Below are positions 8,571-15,236 of a stretch of 32,000 nt of DNA, piece by piece. The notes below the pieces were generated by a model. That model searched no databases and had not been told where the DNA came from. It worked only from the letters and a program-made list of their open reading frames with translations. Location: the NCBI RefSeq assembly GCF_000251105.1, contig NC_017034.1:1540746-1572745 (forward strand), read 5' to 3'. Every line of letters starts with the position of its first letter. Position 1 is the first letter of the stretch. The DNA comes from Methanocella conradii HZ254 (GTDB lineage: Archaea > Halobacteriota > Methanocellia > Methanocellales > Methanocellaceae). A program made the position numbers and the translations under genes.

Positions 8571-10970
8571 ATGAAATTCAGAGGCTGGCTTCTGGACGTA
8601 GATTATGTTGTAGAGAATGGCAAGCCTATTATCCGGATGTGGTGCGTGGACGATTCTGGTAAGAGCGCCGTGATCTTTGATGACTCTTTCGAGCCTTACT
8701 TTTACGTCGTGCCTTATGGTGACGTCCCCATAAGCGTGCTGGAAAACATGTCTGAGGAGGTGGGCGGGGAGACCGTGAGGCCTGTCCGCGTTGACATCGT
8801 GGACCGCAAGAACTTTGGCGTGCCTATCAAGTGCTATCGGGTTTTCACGAAGCTGCCCCGCGACGTGCCTTATTTGAGGGAGCTTGCCCTGAAGTTTGGG
8901 GACGTCCGTGAGGCTGATATCCTGTTTGGGGTACGCTATATTATCGATAGAAGGCTTATTCCTATGGGGGGGATTGAGGCGGAAGGCGAGCCTGTCTCCG
9001 TGGACTATGCAGGACTGGGGATGCTATGCCACAATCCCAAGGCCTTTGCTAGGGAGGACGAGCCGCCCCTAAAAGTGATGGCGTTCGACTGTGAGATGTG
9101 GAATCCACGGGGCATGCCCGACGCCGCGGAAGACCCGATAATCATCATCTCCATCAAGACAAACAGGGAGGAAAAAGTCCTCACGGCCACAGATGAGGAC
9201 GATAAGGGCCTGATAAAGGAATTCATAAGGTATATTCGAGATTATGATCCTGATGTTATAGTGGGGTATAATCAGGATAGCTTTGACTGGCCGTATATAA
9301 ATGAGCGGGCCAAGAAGCATAAGATAAAGCTGAGCGTGTGCAGGGACGGCAGCACTCCCATGTTTGGGCGGGGAGGCCTTCAGAAGAAAGTAAAGCTTGT
9401 GGGGCGGCTCAACATCGACCTTTTTCAGGCGGCCCAGAGGGACATGGACGGCGTAAAGGTAAAGACGCTCGAAAACGTGGCCGACTACCTGGGAGTGATG
9501 AATAAGGAGAAGCGTACCTACATCCCCGGAGGTGAAATCTATAGATACTGGGCTGACAGCAAAAGGCGAGACATCCTGATAAGGTATTCGAAGGACGACG
9601 TGGAGAGCACGTATGGGATAGCGGGGGAGCTGCTGCCGCTCCAGTTCGAGTTCGCCAGGATGGCACACGAGCCCGCCGACAACGTCTCAAGGATGGGCCG
9701 CGGCAGGCAGGTCGAGGCGTACCTCGCATACGTTGCCTATGAGTACGGCGAGCTCATCCCCTCGAAAGGAGGAGAGGTTGAAACGTATGTTGGAGGCTTC
9801 GTGTTTCCGCCTGTGAAGGGGATACACAGGAACGTTGCAGCCCTCGACTTCTCAGCCATGTACCCCTCCATAATGATCGCGTATAACATATCCCCTGATA
9901 CGGTTTGTAAGGATTGTAAGGATGACTGCTATCCGCCCGCCCCTGAGGTGGGCCATTGCTTCAAGAAGGCCCCGGAAGGCTTCTTCACGCGCATCCTGAG
10001 GTCTCTGGTGGCTCACCGCGCCGCCCTCAAGAAGAAGCTCGCCCAGACGGACAGGAAGGACAAGAGCTACCGGATGCTCGATATACGGCAAAAAACGATC
10101 AAGATATTGACGAACGCCTTTTATGGCTATACGGGCTGGGCGCAGGCCAAGTGGTACCGCCGCGAGTGCGCCGAGGCCACGTCGGCATGGGGCCGATACT
10201 TCATAAAGAGGGCCAGCGAAATCGCGCAGTCGATGGGCATGGAGGTCCTGTATGGCGATACTGACTCGCTATTCGTAAAGCTCAAGGATGGCGGCGACCT
10301 CCATGCGGCTACGGGCGAGTTCATCAGAAAAGTCAAGGAAGAATTGCCCCTGGACATGGATGTGGACAACTTTTATAGGGTCATCTTTTTCACCGAGGCA
10401 AAAAAGCGGTATGCTGGCCTCACGAGCAAAGGTGAGATAGTAGTCAGGGGCCTGGAGGTGCGCAGGGGCGACTGGTGTGAGCTCGCCAAAGAGCTGCAGT
10501 CACAGGTCATCCGCATCATACTTGAAGAGGAGGACCCGGAGAAGGCCGTGAAGTTCGTCAAGGATACCATTAGCGAGGTTAGGGAAGGCAAGGTGCAGCT
10601 CGATAAGCTCGTCATCCACAAAACGCTTACCAAGGGCTTCGAGAGCTATGAGAGCGTGCAGGCGCACGTTAAGGCCGCGGAGCGGGCGCGTGAGCTGGAG
10701 CTTTCGGCGGCGGTTGGCAGCAAGATCAGCTACGTCATCGTGAAAGGCCCCGGCATAACGCTAGGCGACCGCGCATACCCCGTGGACATGTTTATCAAGT
10801 TCGAGAACGGCAAGCTGTACGCGAAGGATAAGGCATACGAGCTCGACGTGGACTATTATATAGATAAACAGATAATACCCACGGCTTTACGGATACTTGG
10901 CTATTTTGGCTATACTGAGGATGAGCTTAAAGGCAGGGGCGTCCAGGGCACGCTCGCCCAGTTTTTCTAG
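8571..10970 (+). CDS. polB: Family-B DNA polymerase (archaeal PolB)
   Basis: 799-aa ORF. Exonuclease motifs: FDCEM (Exo I), GYNQDSFDWPY (Exo II), YSKDDVESTY (Exo III). Polymerase motifs: DFSAMYPSIM (A), KILTNAFYGY (B), YGDTDS (C). The length leaves no room for an intein. Confidence 0.95.
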   Translation: MKFRGWLLDVDYVVENGKPIIRMWCVDDSGKSAVIFDDSFEPYFYVVPYGDVPISVLENMSEEVGGETVRPVRVDIVDRKNFGVPIKCYRVFTKLPRDVPYLRELALKFGDVREADILFGVRYIIDRRLIPMGGIEAEGEPVSVDYAGLGMLCHNPKAFAREDEPPLKVMAFDCEMWNPRGMPDAAEDPIIIISIKTNREEKVLTATDEDDKGLIKEFIRYIRDYDPDVIVGYNQDSFDWPYINERAKKHKIKLSVCRDGSTPMFGRGGLQKKVKLVGRLNIDLFQAAQRDMDGVKVKTLENVADYLGVMNKEKRTYIPGGEIYRYWADSKRRDILIRYSKDDVESTYGIAGELLPLQFEFARMAHEPADNVSRMGRGRQVEAYLAYVAYEYGELIPSKGGEVETYVGGFVFPPVKGIHRNVAALDFSAMYPSIMIAYNISPDTVCKDCKDDCYPPAPEVGHCFKKAPEGFFTRILRSLVAHRAALKKKLAQTDRKDKSYRMLDIRQKTIKILTNAFYGYTGWAQAKWYRRECAEATSAWGRYFIKRASEIAQSMGMEVLYGDTDSLFVKLKDGGDLHAATGEFIRKVKEELPLDMDVDNFYRVIFFTEAKKRYAGLTSKGEIVVRGLEVRRGDWCELAKELQSQVIRIILEEEDPEKAVKFVKDTISEVREGKVQLDKLVIHKTLTKGFESYESVQAHVKAAERARELELSAAVGSKISYVIVKGPGITLGDRAYPVDMFIKFENGKLYAKDKAYELDVDYYIDKQIIPTALRILGYFGYTEDELKGRGVQGTLAQFF

Positions 10971-11029
10971 TTTACTTTCACGACGCTTTTGGCCATTCAT
11001 TATATAGCCATTTGCCATCTTTTCCTTTG

Positions 11030-12142
11030 ATGGGAGAGAAATGCTTCTCGCTGTCCGAGCGTATCAAGATACTGTCGGCGGGCACTAAGTACGATAGCTG
11101 CAACCAGACCGTCGTGTGCCATACCTTTACGCCAGATGGGCGCTGTATTCAGCTTTATAAGACTCTGATGACCAACCGGTGTCTGGGCGAGTGCCTCTAC
11201 TGCCCCAACAGGTGTGGCCGTGAAGTCGCCCGCACGTCGCTGGCTCCCGATGAGATCGCCCGCATCACCTGGGACCTCTACCGCCGCAACGCTATCGAGG
11301 GGTTGTTCTTATCATCCGGGATCGTCGGCGACCCTGAAAAGACCACGCAAAAACAGCTAGAAGTGCTCAAGCTGCTCCGCGGCCAGGGGTTCAAGGGCTA
11401 CATACACGTCCGCCTCATGCCCGGCATACCCAGGGACATGCTCAGGGAAGTCTCGCTATATGCCAACAAGTTTGGCGTGAACGCCGAGACGACCTGCGAG
11501 TCCAGGTACGATGAGATATGCCCCAACTTTGACTATAGGAATGATATCCTTGATAGGCTTAAGTGGACCCACGAGTTCGTGCTCAAGAGGAGAAAGGAGG
11601 TACACTATGGGGAGGGGATTGTGGGCGCGAATGATACCCAGTTTGTGGTGGGCGCATCTGGAGAGCCTGACAAAGAGATCATTCACACAATCGACCGCTT
11701 TAAGGCGGACTATGGGCTGCGTAGGCCTTACTTCATGAGCTTCGACCCGGTGCCAGGGACGCCCCTCTCTTCGAATAGGCCATCGCCGGTGTGGCGTGAG
11801 GCCAGGCTGTACCAGGTCTCTTATTTGCTAAAGGATTACGGCCTCAGGGCTAAAGACCTCGATATTATACTGGATGATAAAGGGTTTCTGCCCGACGAGG
11901 ACCCAAAGCTATTGCTGGCCCATCATAACAGGGATATTTTCCCTGTAGACGTGAACGAAGCCCCATATGAAGACCTGATAAAGGTCCCGGGCATCGGTCC
12001 CGCAACGGCCCATCGCATCATCGCCAGCCGCCCCATAGAGGGCTACGCTGAGCTGGCAAGCATCGGCGTCGTCCTGAAGAGGGCACGGCCCTTCATAAAA
12101 GTAAAAAGCAGGCTACAAACGAGGCTGGAGGCGTTCGCGTGA
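11030..12142 (+). CDS. Radical SAM protein of the putative DNA modification/repair type, with a C-terminal helix-hairpin-helix
   Basis: The ORF track opens at TTG 11012. I prefer the in-frame ATG at 11030 (MGEKCFSLSERIKILSAGTKYDSC...) because TATA-like CATTATATAG at about 10997-11006 sits about 25-30 bp upstream. The radical SAM cluster motif is CLGECLYC (C-x3-C-x2-C). The C-terminal HhH is IKVPGIGPATAHRII. The N-terminal K-IL--A-KYD-SC pattern matches my memory of the TIGR03916-type family. Confidence 0.75.
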   Translation: MGEKCFSLSERIKILSAGTKYDSCNQTVVCHTFTPDGRCIQLYKTLMTNRCLGECLYCPNRCGREVARTSLAPDEIARITWDLYRRNAIEGLFLSSGIVGDPEKTTQKQLEVLKLLRGQGFKGYIHVRLMPGIPRDMLREVSLYANKFGVNAETTCESRYDEICPNFDYRNDILDRLKWTHEFVLKRRKEVHYGEGIVGANDTQFVVGASGEPDKEIIHTIDRFKADYGLRRPYFMSFDPVPGTPLSSNRPSPVWREARLYQVSYLLKDYGLRAKDLDIILDDKGFLPDEDPKLLLAHHNRDIFPVDVNEAPYEDLIKVPGIGPATAHRIIASRPIEGYAELASIGVVLKRARPFIKVKSRLQTRLEAFA

Positions 12143-12975
12143 TAATCGGGTATAAAAAGGACGTCGACGGCGTATTAAGGGCGGCGATAGCGCTCAATAG
12201 GAACCCCGACGCCATCATGGTATGCGGTGCGAGCGCAAGAGAGCTCAAAGAAAAGCTCGCAATGTACGACGGCGAAGTCGTTCTTAACGTCGATGAGGTC
12301 GTCAAGGACGTGCCCTTCCACGTGAAGGCCGAGCTATGGGTAAAGTTTCCATCCTGTAGCCCTATGCAGCGCTCATTATCGCTGGGCTCTTACCTGACTT
12401 TTGCGCTGCGTAACCATAATTGCGTCCCTGACGAGCTGGTAAGGCTGATGGCCCGCTACTACCCAAAATTAACGGCTATACTCGCCCATAAGGATGAGAC
12501 CGCCAGGAAATACTTCAAGTATTACAGGGAAACGATGGGCGAGCTTGAGCGATTGAAGGCACACGTCAGGTTCAGGCCTTCAGGAGACATGCTCTACGCA
12601 GAGATAAGCCCACAGCATGACGTAAAAGACCTTTTCATGGAGTGGGCGATGCGGAGGACTCCGGATAAGGTCATTGTTATTGGATGCCACTCAGAGCATT
12701 ACATATTGAATGCCAGGGCCCTCGGCTATAGCGAGGATATCGCCTGTGTCACGGCAGAAGAGGCGGCGCGCCTTCTGGGCACAGCTCCCGACTCTGATAG
12801 CGAGGTCTGGGACACGTACTATGACAGCCAGGCGATTGAGAATCGACGAAATAAGAGATACGCGAAGGGAAGGCTGCCCGCCAAATACTCATACATCAGC
12901 CCCGAGATTAGAAAAGAGAGAAAGAAGATAGAGCATGGCATATCAAATGATAAACTAGGCGACTATTTTACTTAA
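12139..12975 (+). CDS. Partner protein of the radical SAM enzyme (DUF4130 / probable DNA-metabolism protein type)
   Basis: 278-aa ORF. Its GTG start overlaps the radical SAM stop (GTGA), so the two are translationally coupled. Size and obligatory pairing with the upstream radical SAM fit the TIGR03915/DUF4130 family. I cannot verify sequence motifs from memory. Confidence 0.6.
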   Translation: MIIGYKKDVDGVLRAAIALNRNPDAIMVCGASARELKEKLAMYDGEVVLNVDEVVKDVPFHVKAELWVKFPSCSPMQRSLSLGSYLTFALRNHNCVPDELVRLMARYYPKLTAILAHKDETARKYFKYYRETMGELERLKAHVRFRPSGDMLYAEISPQHDVKDLFMEWAMRRTPDKVIVIGCHSEHYILNARALGYSEDIACVTAEEAARLLGTAPDSDSEVWDTYYDSQAIENRRNKRYAKGRLPAKYSYISPEIRKERKKIEHGISNDKLGDYFT

Positions 12976-13031
12976 GTTTAAAAAACTTTATATCTATGAA
13001 ATGAAAACAAGGCTTTTTACTTATATATTGA

Positions 13032-13039
13032 TTTATATA
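13032..13039 (+). promoter_or_regulatory. Consensus archaeal TATA box (TTTATATA) positioned to start transcription at the first unit of repeat array A
   Basis: TTTATATA at 13032-13039, preceded by a T5 run at 13014-13018 (GGCTTTTTAC) that could terminate the upstream DUF4130 gene. A TSS about 25 bp downstream would fall at about 13058-13064, where the array begins. Sequence-only prediction. Confidence 0.35.
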
Positions 13040-13056
13040 ACGTATAACATATGATT

Positions 13057-13759
13057 CACCACGGAGGTTCACAGAGGTCACAGAGAGGATTTTCACCACG
13101 GAGGTTCACAGAGGTCACAGAGAGGATTTTCACCACGGAGGTTCACAGAGGTCACAGAGAGGATTTTCACCACGGAGGTTCACAGAGGTCACAGAGAGGA
13201 TTTTCACCACGGAGGTTCACAGAGGTCACAGAGAGGATTTTCACCACGGAGGTTCACAGAGGTCACAGAGAGGATTTTCACCACGGAGGTTCACAGAGGT
13301 CACAGAGAGGATTTTCACCACGGAGGTTCACAGAGGTCACAGAGAGGATTTTCACCACGGAGGTTCACAGAGGTCACAGAGAGGATTTTCACCACGGAGG
13401 TTCACAGAGGTCACAGAGAGGATTTTCACCACGGAGGTTCACAGAGGTCACAGAGAGGATTTTCACCACGGAGGTTCACAGAGGTCACAGAGAGGATTTT
13501 CACCACGGAGGTTCACAGAGGTCACAGAGAGGATTTTCACCACGGAGGTTCACAGAGGTCACAGAGAGGATTTTCACCACGGAGGTTCACAGAGGTCACA
13601 GAGAGGATTTTCACCACGGAGGTTCACAGAGGTCACAGAGAGGATTTTCACCACGGAGGTTCACAGAGGTCACAGAGAGGATTTTCACCACGGAGGTTCA
13701 CAGAGGTCACAGAGAGGATTTTCACCACGGAGGTTCACAGAGGTCACAGAGAGGATTTT
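13057..13759 (+). repeat. Tandem repeat array A: 19 apparently perfect copies of a 37-bp unit (CACCACGGAGGTTCACAGAGGTCACAGAGAGGATTTT)
   Basis: 703 bp = 19 x 37. On reading through, every copy looks identical. There are no spacers. The 242-aa ORF 13051-13779 is the three-frame translation of this repeat, giving a 37-aa peptide periodicity. Confidence 0.97.
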
Positions 13760-13768
13760 GTTTCCTAA

Positions 13769-13802
13769 AGGGGGGCTAGTCGCCCCCCTCGGAGACCCCC
13801 TC
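13769..13802. other. GC hairpin (GGGGGGC-TAGTC-GCCCCCC) plus GAGACCCCCTC box, inner flank of array A
   Basis: The 7-bp perfect stem 13770-13776 / 13882-13888 is written here in error; the stem is 13770-13776 paired with 13782-13788, extended by an A:T pair (13769/13789). It is preceded by GATTTTGTTTCC and mirrored on the other side of the core (13894-13921). It could act as a terminator for plus-sense transcripts. Confidence 0.6.
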
Positions 13803-13893
13803 AATCTTCAATAGGTCAATCATCCGATATACAATTATTTAGTATAATATGGAAGACTCATAATACAAAAGAATCTCATTTAATAGGTAGAAG

Positions 13894-13921
13894 GAGGGTC
13901 TCTCAGGGGGCGAAGCCCCCT
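13894..13921. other. GAGGGTCTC box plus GC hairpin (GGGGGC-GAA-GCCCCC), inner flank of array B; mirror image of 13769-13802
   Basis: 6-bp perfect stem 13906-13911 / 13915-13920, plus A:T (13905/13921). The reverse complement reads GGGGGCTTCGCCCCCTGAGAGACCCTC, against GGGGGGCTAGTCGCCCCCCTCGGAGACCCCCTC on the left side. Confidence 0.6.
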
Positions 13922-13934
13922 TGAGTAATAAATT

Positions 13935-14176
13935 CCTCTGTGGTCTCTGTGGACCTCTGTGGTGAATATAACCTCTGTGGTCTCTGTGGACCTCTGTGGT
14001 GAATATAACCTCTGTGGTCTCTGTGGACCTCTGTGGTGAATATAACCTCTGTGGTCTCTGTGGACCTCTGTGGTGAATATAACCTCTGTGGTCTCTGTGG
14101 ACCTCTGTGGTGAATATAACCTCTGTGGTCTCTGTGGACCTCTGTGGTGAATATAACCTCTGTGGTCTCTGTGGTG
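13935..14176 (-). repeat. Tandem repeat array B: 6 perfect copies plus one partial copy of a related 37-bp unit (plus strand CCTCTGTGGTCTCTGTGGACCTCTGTGGTGAATATAA), inverted relative to array A
   Basis: Six identical 37-bp units span 13935-14156, followed by a truncated copy to about 14176. The reverse complement, rotated (TTCACCACAGAGGTCCACAGAGACCACAGAGGTTATA), matches the array A unit (TTCACCACGGAGGTTCACAGAGGTCACAGAGAGGATT) at 29 of 37 positions in my hand alignment. Confidence 0.97.
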
Positions 14177-14181
14177 CTTGA

Positions 14182-15078
14182 TTAAGCGTGGTAGTATTCG
14201 CCGCTGGCAGCGCGCTGGGCGGGCGACAAGGACTCCTCCCTACCGGGGATACCACACGCATCGGCACGGCACTGCTTACAAAGCCTAAACTGAGGAAGGT
14301 ACTTCTCGGCAATCGCGCGGGCCTCCTCAAGGTCCTTACACTCGGGCGGCTTCACGTCCTTAAACTTATAGAGGGGTATCATGGGGATGATATTCATCAA
14401 AATAGCACCCCTGGCGGCTGCCTCTTTAGCTATCTTCTCAATCTGATCAGCGTTGACGCCAGGCACGAGCACTGTGTTCACCTTCACGATAAGGCCGGCC
14501 TTAGCCGCTAACTCGACTCCCTTAAACTGATTATCCCTTAATATTCTCGCGCCTTCCACTCCCCTATAGGTCTGGTTATGATACCTCACCCACGAGTATA
14601 TCTTAGCTCCCACCTCAGGGTCGAAAGCATTAATTGTGACCGTAACGCTTGAAACGCCTACATCTACGAGGTCATCGATACGCTCCGGGAGCATAAGTCC
14701 GTTAGAGGCGATACACTTGATAAGCTCGGGGTGCCTCTCGTGTACGATTTTTAGGGTTTCGAAGGTCTCCTCGTTCGCGAGAGCTTCGCCAGGGCCGGCG
14801 ATGCCGACCACCCTGAGGTTACCGCCAAGCTCCTTCAGGGCCTCGTCAACCCTATCAGCGGCCTGCTGAGGCTTCATGACGCCCGAAGACACGCCGGGGC
14901 GATGCTCACACTTATCTATCTTACGATTACAAAAGTTACATTGAATATTGCATTTCGGCGCGACGGGCAGGTGGATCCTGGCCGTGGAGAAATGGGCTTT
15001 CTCGTTAAAGCACGGGTGCGCCGAGGTCATGTGGGAGAACTTGGACCTCCCGCCATCGAACACTTTCAGCTCTTCCAT
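14182..15078 (-). CDS. nifB: Minimal (radical-SAM-domain-only) NifB-type protein
   Basis: 298-aa ORF. HPCFNEKAHFSTARIHLPVAPKCNIQCNFCNRKIDKCEHRPGV is the characteristic NifB N-terminal radical SAM region. The C-terminal CKQCRADACG matches the NifB K-cluster Cys motif. There is no NifX-like extension and no other nif genes in the window. Confidence 0.85.
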   Translation of the reverse strand: MEELKVFDGGRSKFSHMTSAHPCFNEKAHFSTARIHLPVAPKCNIQCNFCNRKIDKCEHRPGVSSGVMKPQQAADRVDEALKELGGNLRVVGIAGPGEALANEETFETLKIVHERHPELIKCIASNGLMLPERIDDLVDVGVSSVTVTINAFDPEVGAKIYSWVRYHNQTYRGVEGARILRDNQFKGVELAAKAGLIVKVNTVLVPGVNADQIEKIAKEAAARGAILMNIIPMIPLYKFKDVKPPECKDLEEARAIAEKYLPQFRLCKQCRADACGIPGREESLSPAQRAASGEYYHA

Positions 15079-15236
15079 AAGTCGTCTCCAGCATTTTTAA
15101 GGCTGCGTTGTACTCTTTCTTGCAGCATGCTAAAACTTTAGTTAGAAAGGTGAGTTTTAATGGATAAATACTTTACGTGGTTGGTTACTTAATCCAACAT
15201 ATTCTACCTGGCCACGCCTTCCATAAAATCGGGGCC

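Noticed and set aside
9900-9965. Cys cluster (CKDCKDDC...GHC) in PolB as a novel metal site, or an intein in PolB
   Set aside because: The position corresponds to the Cys-containing loop known from euryarchaeal family-B polymerases (disulfide region after motif A). The 799-aa length and uninterrupted motifs A, B and C exclude an intein.
13057-14176. CRISPR array
   Set aside because: The units are strictly contiguous with a period of exactly 37 bp and no unique spacers between them. No cas genes are present in the window.
13032-14184. Chromosomal replication origin (ORB-like repeats flanking an unwinding element)
   Set aside because: Not adopted as the primary call. There is no orc1/cdc6 gene in the window, the units do not match the ORB or mini-ORB consensus as I remember it, and 19 perfect head-to-tail copies is atypical for ORBs. 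I keep it only as a low-probability alternative, testable by marker-frequency analysis.
13051-14330. ORFs 13051-13779 (242 aa) and 13839-14330 (163 aa) as real repetitive proteins
   Set aside because: Both are three-frame read-throughs of 37-bp repeats, giving a 37-aa periodicity and extreme HRG/TEV-type low complexity. The second overlaps the well-supported nifB 3-prime end. The predicted TSS from the 13032 TATA box lies downstream of the 13051 ATG. The units being stop-free in one sense is not statistically compelling for a 37-mer.
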